Below are positions 11,056-21,019 of a stretch of DNA of 51,177 bases, in pieces. The DNA lies in the IMG/VR virus record IMGVR_UViG_2579778634_000021, one strand, 5' to 3'. Origin of the DNA: a virus. Its lineage: Duplodnaviria; Heunggongvirae; Uroviricota; Caudoviricetes. The number at the start of each line of letters is the position of its first letter. Position 1 is the first letter of the stretch. The position numbers were made by a program, and so were the translations under genes. The notes beneath the pieces are model-generated. The model searched no databases, was not told where the DNA came from, and was given only the letters and a program-made list of their open reading frames with translations.

Positions 11056-11755
11056 TTACTGCGAAAGTTTATTAATGGAAAGGAAACCGCCAAAATTGCC
11101 GACATTCCTGCGCAGTTCACACCCGCGCATGCACTTGCTGCATCTGTCCTTACGGATATCCGTGGTGGGGTTGTCGAACTCATCCGCCACAGCCCCGACC
11201 GTTATACCCGCATTCATCTCCCCGGTAATCCCACATACAGGTGTTCGCCAGCATGATGCGACCGGGAAACAGCGCCCCGTCCGTCTCGGTCGGTGTGGCC
11301 AGCACAAACGAGGCCGTCATGGCTGTCAGCTGCGACATCTGCTCCACCACCCAGCGGTCACTCAGCTCCTGCTCCGGGTCCGCTTCCGGATTGCCCGCAA
11401 CGAAATTCACCGCATCCAGAAAACGGGCATACACCCGGCGGCGGACCACCGTGGCCCCCACCAGGCTCTGCAAATCCTCCGCCATTCCGGTGACAAGACC
11501 AAACAGATTGGACACCGTCAGCAACGGTCTGGCACTGCTGCCCTTTCCGTTCATCTCAAAGCCGCTGCCCTCAATCGGGTACGCCTGATATTGCCGCCCC
11601 TGCCAGGTGACCGGCTCCCCTTTTTCATTCAGCTCATTGCAGAAAAAATACCGCTCACCGCCCTGTACCGTCAGGTCGATTTCCCAGAGCACCACCCGCG
11701 GTGACTGCTCTGATTTAACCGACTCGTTCAGACTTTCTTCGTGAATATCCTGCAT
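11056..11755 (-). pseudogene. L: minor tail protein L, apparently frameshifted
   Basis: The first 191 codons (11180..11755) match lambda L up to DECGYNG. The lambda-like C-terminus (AVADEFDNPTTDIRKDRCSKC...FLSINKLSQ) continues in another frame to 11056. The shift falls in a G/C homopolymer near 11193..11200. Confidence 0.7.
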
Positions 11756-12084
11756 CAGTTCACCACCTGCTTAAACTCCGCGCTGAACTCAACGCGCAAC
11801 ATCCCGACCCGCGCAGACCACCCGGCACAGGTCACCTTTATCTGCCGGTATGCATAGGGTGGCTTCCACAAAAATGCCTTCCAGCCACCGTGCTCTGCCA
11901 GGAACGCTTCCAGATGACGGGCCTCCTCCCGGGTCACGGAAAGCATCACCCGGTATGTTTTCAGGTCAGCATTCAGCCCTGCCGCCATACGCTGTGAGTA
12001 CCCGTCACCAAAACGCACTTCACGCACCGATGGCTGCGAGTTCACCTCCATATCCGGCTTCACTTTCCAGCGAAATGTTTTCAT
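11755..12084 (-). CDS. M: minor tail protein M
   Basis: 109-aa ORF, the same length as lambda M and similar in sequence. Confidence 0.9.
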   Translation of the reverse strand: MKTFRWKVKPDMEVNSQPSVREVRFGDGYSQRMAAGLNADLKTYRVMLSVTREEARHLEAFLAEHGGWKAFLWKPPYAYRQIKVTCAGWSARVGMLRVEFSAEFKQVVN

Positions 12085-14654
12085 CGCCCGCTCCCTGATA
12101 ACATACCGCCATCACGCAACTGCAGCCGGAGTTCATCCTGTGCCCCCTTGCGGGCCATGTCATACACCGCCTTCATCAGCTGCGGCCCCGCCTGTCCGTT
12201 GATACCGTCGTTCTGAATCACCACGTGATTGTTCTGATTAAAATTAATACCTTCCGCCCGCCGCATCTGCGCCGGACTTCCGGCAGCACCCACATACCCC
12301 CCTTCCGCATAGCCCCGCATCAGGCGGTACAGGTTCCCGACACCAATCCGGCTGGTTGCCTCCTTCGTGAAGACAAACTCCCCGCGGTGAACTATCCCCG
12401 CTGGCTCATATTTGCCACCGGTTCCCGTAAATCCCCCGGTCGCGAAATGGAAGTTCGCCGCCGCAGCCTGAATGGCCGTCCCCGTGGAAGCGGATGCGCC
12501 ACCACCGAAAGCACCACCAATGGCGCTGCCGATACGCCCGACAATCCCCACCATCGCCTGCTTCAGAAAAATCTCTGTCAGCATGGAGAGCACGGAACGG
12601 GTGAAACCACGCCAGTTCTGTTCGCTGCCGGTCAGCATCGCTGCCATATTCTGTGCAATACCGTCAAAGGTCTGCGTGGCCGCGCTTTTAACCTGCGAAA
12701 AACTGTCCGTCGCACTTTCCGCCCACTCGCCCCAGCCGGACTTCAGACCCGCCATCCAGCTTCCACGAAGCTGCTCCTCCGCAGACCAGGTGTTCTTCAG
12801 TGCAGATGTGGTCTTCGCCAGCGCATCCGGATTATCACCGTACACGTCACGAAGGCGCTGCTCTTCCGACTCCCGCTGCGCCTGACGGTCGGTGAGGCCG
12901 CGGGCTTTTGCGCTGATGGCGGCCTGCTTCGCGCTCTGCTGCTGTTCAAACCGCGCCGCCTGCTGTGCCAGCTCATTCAGCCGTTTCTGGTGTTCAACCT
13001 TGTCGCCCAGGTCAGCCAGCTGGCGTTTGTACTCCAGCGTCTCTTTCTCATGGGCCAGCAGGGATTTTTCCTGCTCAGATAACTGCCGTTTCGTGGCGGC
13101 CTCTTTCAGGACCACATACTGATTTTCCGCTTTCCATAAATCCCGGCGCTGCTGGCTGATTTTCTCATTCGCACCGGCATGCTTTTCCAGCGTCAGGAGC
13201 TCGGTTTCAAGCGCCAGCATGGCTGCATGCGCCCGGTCTTCCTGGCGCTCACCGGCAGACACCTTCACACCGGACGGCTTTTTCTGCGTCGACTCATAAT
13301 CCTTTTTTGCCGACGCCATCAGCGTGTTGTAATCCGCCTGCAGGATTTTCCCGTCTTTCAGGGCCTTATTCAGCTCTTCCTGCCGGGCGGTATATTTCTC
13401 CAGTGGTGTCAGCAGGCGCTCATACGCCTTCTGCGCCTCTCCGGTATACTTCAGCTGTGACGACTCACGCTCAGCCCTGTCCCTTGCCGCCAGTTCACCG
13501 GCTTTTTCCATATCCGACTGCAGCGTTGCCGCTGCCAGACCCAGACGGGCATTTTCCCGGTCATCCCATGCGCCCTGAAGGTTGGCCCGGAAAGAGGAGG
13601 TTTTACCGCGGCGCTGGCTCCGGCTCTGGTACCACTGCCATTTTTTATCCGCCTCATCAAATGCCTTCTGCGCACTGGCGAGCATATCCGCTGAGGATTC
13701 CGGACGACCGATATCCAGAATGGCATCCCACATCGATTTGAATGCCTTCCCTGTTTTATCCGCCCAGGTCTCCAGTGTTCCCATGTTTTCTTTCAGGCGA
13801 CGGGTCTGCTCATCAAAGCCTTTCGTGGCGATATCGTTCGCCGCCTGTAAGGCCCCGGCCTCGTCTCCGGAACGCTGCAGTTGTGCAACATACGCAATCT
13901 GCTCTGCCGTCACGTTACGGAACTGGCGCGCCATCGCCATCAGTCCCGACGTCGGGTCGGTGGTCAGTTTTCCGAAAGCCTCTGCAACCTTGTCCACTTC
14001 AACACCGGAGGCAGACGCAAAACGTGCCACACTCTGGTTAATGGCATCAAACTGTTCACCACCACGCACACCGGCACTGACCAGGGCTGCCAGTGACTCT
14101 CCCGCCTGGTTAAACGTCAGCCCTGCTGCCTGCCCGGCTCTTGAGAGCGTCAGCATACGATCGGCAGTCAGTCCGGCCTGATTGCCGGAAAGGACCAGCG
14201 TTTTATTAAATTCTGAAAGCGTGGCGTCGCCCTGATACCAGGCGTACGCCAGCGCACCTGTCGCCACCGCCAGCGAGGTGACCCCGACCATCGGCAGGGT
14301 GATCGCACCGGCAAGCCCCCGGAACATGGGGAGCATCCCGCCGAAGGAGTCCTTCACCTGACCGCCCTGTTGCAGCAGGATGAGCCAGGGATTCTGACCA
14401 CCGGCAAGCTGCGTGGCGATATCCGTAAACTGTGCGGGCAGGGTTCGCATGGCCGCTTTATACTGCCCGACGGAAATCCCGGCTTTTTGTGCAGCCAGCG
14501 CCTGGCGGCTCAGGCCCTGTTCAACAGCACTGGCGGTTTTTCTGGCGTCGGTATCCAGACCTGAAAAATGACGCCTTACCCGGCTCATCTGCTCATCGAA
14601 ACGGACAGCATCCAGACTAAGGTCAATAACAAGATCACCAACCGGCTGGGACAT
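12081..14654 (-). CDS. H: tail tape measure protein H
   Basis: 857-aa ORF. Lambda H-like sequence and position downstream of G/T. Confidence 0.95.
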   Translation of the reverse strand: MSQPVGDLVIDLSLDAVRFDEQMSRVRRHFSGLDTDARKTASAVEQGLSRQALAAQKAGISVGQYKAAMRTLPAQFTDIATQLAGGQNPWLILLQQGGQVKDSFGGMLPMFRGLAGAITLPMVGVTSLAVATGALAYAWYQGDATLSEFNKTLVLSGNQAGLTADRMLTLSRAGQAAGLTFNQAGESLAALVSAGVRGGEQFDAINQSVARFASASGVEVDKVAEAFGKLTTDPTSGLMAMARQFRNVTAEQIAYVAQLQRSGDEAGALQAANDIATKGFDEQTRRLKENMGTLETWADKTGKAFKSMWDAILDIGRPESSADMLASAQKAFDEADKKWQWYQSRSQRRGKTSSFRANLQGAWDDRENARLGLAAATLQSDMEKAGELAARDRAERESSQLKYTGEAQKAYERLLTPLEKYTARQEELNKALKDGKILQADYNTLMASAKKDYESTQKKPSGVKVSAGERQEDRAHAAMLALETELLTLEKHAGANEKISQQRRDLWKAENQYVVLKEAATKRQLSEQEKSLLAHEKETLEYKRQLADLGDKVEHQKRLNELAQQAARFEQQQSAKQAAISAKARGLTDRQAQRESEEQRLRDVYGDNPDALAKTTSALKNTWSAEEQLRGSWMAGLKSGWGEWAESATDSFSQVKSAATQTFDGIAQNMAAMLTGSEQNWRGFTRSVLSMLTEIFLKQAMVGIVGRIGSAIGGAFGGGASASTGTAIQAAAANFHFATGGFTGTGGKYEPAGIVHRGEFVFTKEATSRIGVGNLYRLMRGYAEGGYVGAAGSPAQMRRAEGINFNQNNHVVIQNDGINGQAGPQLMKAVYDMARKGAQDELRLQLRDGGMLSGSGR

Positions 14655-15048
14655 ATCTCACACCTCCCGGAATCCCCGCTGAAGCCATCATTAATGCGGC
14701 ATCATCCACCATGACATCCGCCACATCCGCAGACGATAAAATATCGCGCCCTCCGTCCCCACCGAACCGGACGCCTCCGGCAAGTCCTGCCGCTTTCTGC
14801 ATCAGCATTTTGTCCTCATCCGGCCTCTCCACCTGCTCTTCCTCATGCCGGGGGACAAGCAGACTGAAATCCGAGGGATGCATATCCGGATCGCAAAAAA
14901 ACAGGCTGAGTACAGCGTACGTCAGCCCGGAAAAATGCATATCCAGCTGGGTATCCTGAAAATAATGCGTGCGGTAAAAACGGTGCCAGTCGGCATATTC
15001 GGTGGATGTCATCCCGGCAAGCATGGCGCGCCAGTCGGGTCTCCCCAT
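14635..15048 (-). CDS. T: tail assembly chaperone T segment (expressed as the G-T fusion by -1 frameshift)
   Basis: Open frame in the -1 frame relative to G, with no convincing independent start. It continues from the slippery site. Confidence 0.8.
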   Translation of the reverse strand: MGRPDWRAMLAGMTSTEYADWHRFYRTHYFQDTQLDMHFSGLTYAVLSLFFCDPDMHPSDFSLLVPRHEEEQVERPDEDKMLMQKAAGLAGGVRFGGDGGRDILSSADVADVMVDDAALMMASAGIPGGVRYVPAGW

Positions 15049-15074
15049 CTCACGCGCCAGTCTGAGGGCAAAGT

Positions 15075-15506
15075 TCAGCTCGCCGTCGAAGACTTTCCCG
15101 CAGAAAAATCATCATCAGTCAGCGTGTTATTTTTCGCCACTTCAGTAATATCAGTATCCGGACGAACAACTTCGATCATCCCGGACAGGCACAACACCAC
15201 GTCTTCCGCCCGGGCAATGGCATCGGCAGGCCAGGTGGTGAGCACTTCCTGCTCTATCTTCATCACGGCCTCATTCATTGACGGTGACCCCGTTTTCTGC
15301 GGATGGTTATGCCACAGGGACATCGCCACCAGAAACGCGCCGGTTCTGACGAGATCTTCCACGCTTACCTGCAGGTTGCCGCTGGATTCTGCCTGTTCTG
15401 CACGCCGTTTCAGGAGGGCAAGATGCTCGATACGCTGCAGCGCAGACAATTCGGAAAGCGTGACAGACACACCGTTATATTCAAATTGTTCTGTTTTCAG
15501 AAACAT
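15075..15506 (-). CDS. G: tail assembly chaperone G
   Basis: 143-aa ORF, lambda G-like, ending 6 codons after the slippery heptamer. Confidence 0.9.
   Translation of the reverse strand: MFLKTEQFEYNGVSVTLSELSALQRIEHLALLKRRAEQAESSGNLQVSVEDLVRTGAFLVAMSLWHNHPQKTGSPSMNEAVMKIEQEVLTTWPADAIARAEDVVLCLSGMIEVVRPDTDITEVAKNNTLTDDDFSAGKSSTAS
15093..15099 (-). promoter_or_regulatory. programmed -1 ribosomal frameshift site G GGA AAG
   Basis: The heptamer GGGAAAG lies in the G zero frame as G-GGA-AAG. The -1 frame reads into the T ORF. Confidence 0.85.
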
Positions 15507-15519
15507 GTATTACCTCCGT

Positions 15520-16272
15520 TTACCCTGCAGCGCCCGCTTCAGTAACGGTGACTTCAGCCACTGCGGCGAACTGACCATTTCCGCTCACCACAGGGATCTG
15601 CACCTTACCTGTCGCCACGCCGTTTACCGTAATTGTCATATCTTTCACACTAATGGTGGCTTTCGACGGATCGGCGGAAACCGCTCTGAACGTCTTGTCG
15701 GTTGCACTTTCCGGCTCAAAAGAAACCGTCAGGGTGGTTATTTTCCCTTTTGCCACCGTACCGGATGTAGGCGTCACCTTAATCGCACTGACCGGCGTAA
15801 TTTTGCTGCGTTCTTCCGCTACAGAAGGTTTACCCACGTTAGTGACTTTCACCGTGCGGGTGATCACTTCTTTCGCCGTCACGGCCTTACCGATACTGCT
15901 GACCCAGCCACGAAACACATCCACCGTGCCATTCGGAAAACGGATTTTATAGGCCCGGACATCCCCGCTTTCAAACCAGCCTATAAGCCCTTTCTGACCT
16001 TCTTCTCCCGGTTTCCAGGCCAGCGTAAAACTGGTATCTCCTGCAGACTTCTGCCCCTGCCCGGTCGCGCTCCAGTCCGCGTCTTCATCATCCAGGTAGT
16101 TATCATCGTAGGGTTCTGCCGTCATCTCGCCCGGCGTCAGATCCTTCACCTTAGCCAGTCGCTGCCAGTCATCGTCTGACAACGGGTTTGCATAGGCGTC
16201 ACCCTGACCGTTATAAACCCACAGGGTGGTACCGGCACCTTTTACCGGCTCAAGGGGATTTGGTGTTGACAT
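15520..16272 (-). CDS. V: major tail protein V
   Basis: 250-aa ORF, lambda V-like, with a C-terminal Ig-like region. Confidence 0.9.
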   Translation of the reverse strand: MSTPNPLEPVKGAGTTLWVYNGQGDAYANPLSDDDWQRLAKVKDLTPGEMTAEPYDDNYLDDEDADWSATGQGQKSAGDTSFTLAWKPGEEGQKGLIGWFESGDVRAYKIRFPNGTVDVFRGWVSSIGKAVTAKEVITRTVKVTNVGKPSVAEERSKITPVSAIKVTPTSGTVAKGKITTLTVSFEPESATDKTFRAVSADPSKATISVKDMTITVNGVATGKVQIPVVSGNGQFAAVAEVTVTEAGAAG

Positions 16273-16279
16273 ATCGTCC

Positions 16280-16675
16280 TCACATCTCGTATGTAATGGA
16301 ATAAGTCAGATCCGCAGAACTCCATAACGCCATATCGTCATCACGACGATACTCATAGCCCTGCGTAACCATCGTGGTAATCAGTCCTGCCAGTGCAGGG
16401 ATCGCAGTCATCGCCGGATAAATCCGGCTTTCCATCCACTGATCGAGCTCCGAATCAGGTACCTGTGCCGGTAAAAACACCTCAATATGCAGTGTGGCCC
16501 GCCAGGTATCTGCATCCAGCTCTTCACCGGTATACTCTGCATCCGTCAGATAAACCGCGATCGCAGGAAAATCCTCTTCGTCAAAAACAACGGGGCGACC
16601 ATCAAACAGCGTCGCCCCGTGTTCATGCTGCTCGAGTGCATCCAGCACTGCGGCACGAATGTCAGTGTGTTTCAT
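16280..16675 (-). CDS. U: tail terminator protein U
   Basis: 131-aa ORF matching lambda U in length and sequence. Confidence 0.9.
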   Translation of the reverse strand: MKHTDIRAAVLDALEQHEHGATLFDGRPVVFDEEDFPAIAVYLTDAEYTGEELDADTWRATLHIEVFLPAQVPDSELDQWMESRIYPAMTAIPALAGLITTMVTQGYEYRRDDDMALWSSADLTYSITYEM

Positions 16676-17247
16676 CGTTTTATCGCAATCCTCAGTTGTT
16701 GTTTCAGCGCGTATGCCAGTTCTTTAGGCAGGCGTTCACGCCGGATACGGTCAACATTCTCATCAAATGCCTGTTTCAGTGGGGCCGCCATCGGGATTTT
16801 CACCACCTGAATGGGAAGGCGATTACGCTTTTTCCTTCCCTTGTCGTCATTGCCCTCCTCATATCTGGCCTGGGGAAGACGTTGCATGACATGCCAGCGA
16901 CCATTTTTTAATCGCTGAATAAATGCCCGCTGATACCGATGCTGACCGGCTTTAAGTATGCTGTTCGGGCGACGCCCCAGCATCCTGATCCCCAGCTTAA
17001 TCACAGGGAGATCACCGCGGTTAACGATAATTCTGGCATTCGGATTTCTGACCGTCGCCCGTTTCAGTCTGGACCGTTCCTTAACCAGTTTCCGTCTCAC
17101 CCTGGTTTCCCGGGCAACCTGTGACGAAGACTGATTAATCGCCGTTGTGGCCACGCGGTTAATCGTCATTGCTGAAGCCGCCGGAATGGCGTTTTTACGA
17201 ACCCGGCTCAGATTATCAATCGCCTGATCAAGCCCTTTTATCGCCAT
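16672..17247 (-). CDS. Z: tail completion protein Z
   Basis: 191-aa ORF, lambda Z-like. Confidence 0.9.
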   Translation of the reverse strand: MAIKGLDQAIDNLSRVRKNAIPAASAMTINRVATTAINQSSSQVARETRVRRKLVKERSRLKRATVRNPNARIIVNRGDLPVIKLGIRMLGRRPNSILKAGQHRYQRAFIQRLKNGRWHVMQRLPQARYEEGNDDKGRKKRNRLPIQVVKIPMAAPLKQAFDENVDRIRRERLPKELAYALKQQLRIAIKR

Positions 17248-17262
17248 AATTTCACCCTGCGT

Positions 17263-17616
17263 TTATCGTCGCCGGTTAACAGCGGGTGGTTGCCCACGGT
17301 TGAGCCAGAGATAACAGCTTCCCCCGTCATCCGGAGAAACACGATCCACCCAGAACATCTCGCCGTTAATGGTCAGCGTGTCACCACGCCGCACGGCACG
17401 CACCGTATCCGTCCGCACAAATAATGACGGGCTGCTTCCTTCAATACGGACCCCGCCACCGGCAAAACCCAGCGACTCCGGATCGTCAAAAACCCCCTGA
17501 ACTTCGCCGCCACGTTGTGCTCCGGAGGTGAACTGCGCACGGATCCCCATCACTTCAACGATCGTACTGTCCACCCCGGCGAGGGCAGCATCAAAGGCAT
17601 TCTGAAAATCACGCAT
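17263..17616 (-). CDS. FII: head-tail connector protein FII
   Basis: 117-aa ORF, the same length as lambda FII and similar in sequence. Confidence 0.9.
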   Translation of the reverse strand: MRDFQNAFDAALAGVDSTIVEVMGIRAQFTSGAQRGGEVQGVFDDPESLGFAGGGVRIEGSSPSLFVRTDTVRAVRRGDTLTINGEMFWVDRVSPDDGGSCYLWLNRGQPPAVNRRR

Positions 17617-17992
17617 ATTCAGCCGTTCCGTGCTGTATCATGGCCGTTGCCAGTGATGATGGCACCAGAACACGCATACCCCGTAACGCCAGCTCAACGG
17701 GACGACCTGTCTCCGGGCAATACCCCATTACTTGCAGGCACTTCCGTACCCGGACGGCTTTAACATCATCCGGAGCATCCGTGTTGTTCAACTGCTCACC
17801 ATCGTCTGTGTGATTTTGATCAGCCCCGCTCTCATCAGAGTGCATAATGCCCTCCGGGGAAACAGCAAGCTCCTCTTCCCACTCAGACACACGTTGAGCA
17901 ATATCCGCAGCACTCCCCGACATATCCGCCTCGCGCCCCAGCAGGCCAGCCAGTTGACGAAGACGATTCAGATTTTCTTCTTTTGTTGCCAT
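17609..17992 (-). CDS. FI: DNA packaging / head assembly protein FI-like
   Basis: Start taken at MATKEENL, which follows an AGGAGG ribosome-binding site. Acidic central region. Position matches lambda FI but the sequence has diverged. Confidence 0.7.
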   Translation of the reverse strand: MATKEENLNRLRQLAGLLGREADMSGSAADIAQRVSEWEEELAVSPEGIMHSDESGADQNHTDDGEQLNNTDAPDDVKAVRVRKCLQVMGYCPETGRPVELALRGMRVLVPSSLATAMIQHGTAEYA

Positions 17993-18004
17993 CTCAGCCT
18001 CCTG

Positions 18005-18034
18005 TGAAAAAAGACACGGGGGCATTTCGCCCCC
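18005..18034 (-). terminator. intrinsic terminator or attenuator between E and FI
   Basis: Hairpin gggggc-gaaat-gccccc followed by gtgtctttttt on the minus strand. Confidence 0.5.
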
Positions 18035-18043
18035 GCTCACGGA

Positions 18044-19072
18044 TTATTTCACCTGTACCACCACAAACTCATCCGGATCCGGCAGCACCATCAGCGGAGC
18101 GGACTGCGTCATGGTGAATTCACGGGCCGGATCGCCCACGGTCATCCAGTGTTTCGGATAACGGGAAGAGGCCACCACACCTTCGGACAACGCCTGCGCA
18201 TCCTGAATGGCACCATAGCAACGAATGCCCTCTGCTGCCGTATTCCCCAGGACCAGCGTGCCCTCCGGCAGATAACGTTTTTCGGTACCGTCCTCTGCCA
18301 CATAAGACGTTTTCGCCACCACAATGGCCAGATCGCCGTAATACCCCTTGAAGGACACCACCGCCCCCAGGTCTTTCACTGCCGTTTCGAGTTGTGAATT
18401 TGAGCCGCGACGGGTATCCAGTTTTTCGCGGAACAGCTTAAAGCCATTCAGCAGACGCCAGACCGTACCGTCCATAATGGCGATATTCACAAGGCCGCTG
18501 GCCTGATCGCAGTAGAGGTCAATATCATGCGTCGGATCAAACGTATCACGGTCCTGCTCAGACCATTTTTTACCGTCAGCCTGCTCAATGTTATTTCCTT
18601 CAGAGCGCCCGAAATCCACCTCGACAGTATCAAACTGATCCCCTTCCATGGTGTATTTGCCATACAGCACGGCATTCACCGCCTGCATTTCTTCCACCTG
18701 GACAATGGCGTGCTCTTCCTGTTTGAGGTTATCGGTAATGATACGCAGACGACGGTAGGCCGGGTCGTTCAGCTGAGCCGGATCTTCACCAGGAAGGCGC
18801 TCAACCGCCTGCTGGTAATTAAATTCGTGTTTGGGCTTGACGTAGCCCGGACGTAACACGCGGGTTTCACCACCGCGATGGCGAAGCACTTTTCCTTCAA
18901 CGATCGGGGAGACATAGGCCGCCACCGGCGTTTTTCCGGTAATTTTGTCCAGCATCACCTCTTCGGTGTGGAAATTCACCGTACGGCGGAAAAACAGCTC
19001 CAGAAACAGCGCACGGAATTTCACTTTTTGTTCGGTATAACCGAGTAACTGGCGGGTCGTAAACAATCCCAT
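18044..19072 (-). CDS. E: major capsid protein E
   Basis: 342-aa ORF, lambda E-like throughout. Confidence 0.95.
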   Translation of the reverse strand: MGLFTTRQLLGYTEQKVKFRALFLELFFRRTVNFHTEEVMLDKITGKTPVAAYVSPIVEGKVLRHRGGETRVLRPGYVKPKHEFNYQQAVERLPGEDPAQLNDPAYRRLRIITDNLKQEEHAIVQVEEMQAVNAVLYGKYTMEGDQFDTVEVDFGRSEGNNIEQADGKKWSEQDRDTFDPTHDIDLYCDQASGLVNIAIMDGTVWRLLNGFKLFREKLDTRRGSNSQLETAVKDLGAVVSFKGYYGDLAIVVAKTSYVAEDGTEKRYLPEGTLVLGNTAAEGIRCYGAIQDAQALSEGVVASSRYPKHWMTVGDPAREFTMTQSAPLMVLPDPDEFVVVQVK

Positions 19073-19129
19073 AAATCAGTTCCTTTCATTCAGAAATCAG
19101 TCAGGCCACCATGGTGGCCTGATAACGTG

Positions 19130-19477
19130 TTACGGCAGCGCCGCGTGACTCAGGGCTGTGCCGACAAAGGCGTTGGCCTTTTTGTGTTCATCCACACTGT
19201 CAGGCCAGCGGATTGCCTCCGTCGCAAAGGTCCCCGACTTGTAATACGTCAGCACCGTCTCTGTGCCTTCAAGCGGCAGTACCAGTATGCCAGCCGCACT
19301 ACCGGCTTTCTGTCCATCCCAGACCACCAGTTTCCCGGTGGCTTCATCCAGCATCAGGGGCGTCAGAGCCGGTGTTGCAGAAGAAATCCCGCTGCTGCCT
19401 GTGGCGGTATGAGCCGGATCATTACCAGCAAAAATACGTACTTCCGCACGCTGTTCAGTGATGGTTTTCGTCACCAT
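19130..19477 (-). CDS. D: head decoration protein D
   Basis: 115-aa ORF, lambda D-like, upstream of E. Confidence 0.9.
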   Translation of the reverse strand: MVTKTITEQRAEVRIFAGNDPAHTATGSSGISSATPALTPLMLDEATGKLVVWDGQKAGSAAGILVLPLEGTETVLTYYKSGTFATEAIRWPDSVDEHKKANAFVGTALSHAALP

Positions 19478-19513
19478 TTTGTTAAAACCTCATATTGATG
19501 GTCAGCACTGACT

Positions 19514-21019
19514 TCATGGCATGGCCATGAGCATTTTCACGTCCGCATCACCGTCTGCTGACGTCTGTGACACGCCACCCCGCACCGCTGCCGGTGAATG
19601 ATTCGCCATGAAATGTTCAAACAGGGCGGTTGTGGATGCAGAGACCGGTTCGGCCTTACCTGATCCCGCAGCCAGCACAGCCCGGGCGTTCTCCACGGTC
19701 ATTCCCGGGCAGGCCGCCAGTTTTTCAGCCTGCGCCTCAGCCCCTTTTGCCTCATCCAGGGCCATGATCTGATCACGAAGTGAGGGCCCGGCATCCGCCA
19801 GTGGTGCAGCCGCCAGGATCGGGCGGGCTTTTTCCACCGTCATCTCCGGCATCGCCGCCAGCGTTGCCGCCAGTTGTTCACGACCGTTCGCTTCTTCACA
19901 CGCCATAATGCGATCGGCTTCACTCTGCGCGGATGCCACCGGCTGCTGCGGTGCCGCCGCGGCCAGAATCGCCCGGGCCTGTTCAACGCTCATGCCCTGT
20001 TGTCCTGCCAGCATCGTGGCAAGCTGTTCACGTCCCTTCGCTTCCTGACACGTCAGGATCCCCATCACTCGCTGGTTCTCCTGCGCGGCAGCTTCCGTTG
20101 CAGTTAATTGCGGCATAGTGCCTCCTGTATCATGAGTGTTCAGCGCCGCAGCCATCACACTGATGGCATCCGACGCATTGATTAATTCATCCGCCAGCCC
20201 GGCCTCAATGCCGGACTGACCTTCAAAAACGGCGGCCTCTGTTCCCGTGACTGCATCAACAGACAGACCGGTATACATCGCCACTTTTTCGGCAAACATC
20301 CGGCGCGCCGCATCAATCCGCTGCTGCATGTCCTGGCGAACCTCTTCCGGCAACGCTTCAAACTGATTGCCATCCACCTTGTGCGCCCCTGAGTAAATCA
20401 GCGTGATATCCACACCGGCCTGCGCCAGATGACCGGCATAGCTGACATGGCTCATCATCACGCCAATGGAGCCGATACGGGATGTCTGGGTAACCAGCTG
20501 TCGGGAGCAGGCCGACGCCAGCAGCATGGCTGCAGAACAGGCCGTGTGATTGCACAGTGCCCAGACCGGCTTCTGCTGACGGAGGCGGTAAATCATGTCA
20601 GCACAGTCAAACGCACCGGCGGCCTGCCCGCCCGGACTGTCAATGTCCAGCAGTACACCCCGCACCTGGCTATCCGCCATTGCCTGCTGAAGACAGGCGA
20701 CAATGCCGTCATAGCCTGTCATTCCGGAAAATGGCCGCATACCCCCCAGCCGGTGCACCAGCGTGCCTGTCACCGGCAGTACAGCAATACCGTTCACCAC
20801 CCGGTAAACACGGGCCGGTCGTTTACCTCCGGCCATGTACTCGTCCGTTTCAGCCAGCATTCCGGGTGCATCAAGCTGTACCTGCTGTTGTGGTACCGAA
20901 AGACTTGCTGCCCCCATCTCGCGCCCGAGCGCGCAAAAGAAAACCCGCGCATAGGCGGGCTCCAGAAGCAGCGGTTCATTGAATGCTGCTGCAATAATGT
21001 GTGAAAGATTACGTCTCAC
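19514..21019 (-). CDS. C: head maturation protease C (S49 family) with a C-terminal Nu3-type scaffold region
   Basis: 501-aa ORF. N-terminal S49/ClpP-like peptidase region, and a C-terminal part with three tandem repeats of about 45 aa. Confidence 0.85.
   Translation of the reverse strand: MRRNLSHIIAAAFNEPLLLEPAYARVFFCALGREMGAASLSVPQQQVQLDAPGMLAETDEYMAGGKRPARVYRVVNGIAVLPVTGTLVHRLGGMRPFSGMTGYDGIVACLQQAMADSQVRGVLLDIDSPGGQAAGAFDCADMIYRLRQQKPVWALCNHTACSAAMLLASACSRQLVTQTSRIGSIGVMMSHVSYAGHLAQAGVDITLIYSGAHKVDGNQFEALPEEVRQDMQQRIDAARRMFAEKVAMYTGLSVDAVTGTEAAVFEGQSGIEAGLADELINASDAISVMAAALNTHDTGGTMPQLTATEAAAQENQRVMGILTCQEAKGREQLATMLAGQQGMSVEQARAILAAAAPQQPVASAQSEADRIMACEEANGREQLAATLAAMPEMTVEKARPILAAAPLADAGPSLRDQIMALDEAKGAEAQAEKLAACPGMTVENARAVLAAGSGKAEPVSASTTALFEHFMANHSPAAVRGGVSQTSADGDADVKMLMAMP

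Noticed and set aside
12225-14181. Plus-strand ORFs inside H
   Set aside because: Antisense to the tape measure gene, with no independent support.
14845-16179. 444-aa plus-strand ORF spanning the G, T and V region
   Set aside because: It is antisense to three well-supported lambda-like tail genes and has no recognisable features; long antisense ORFs are common in GC-balanced coding DNA.
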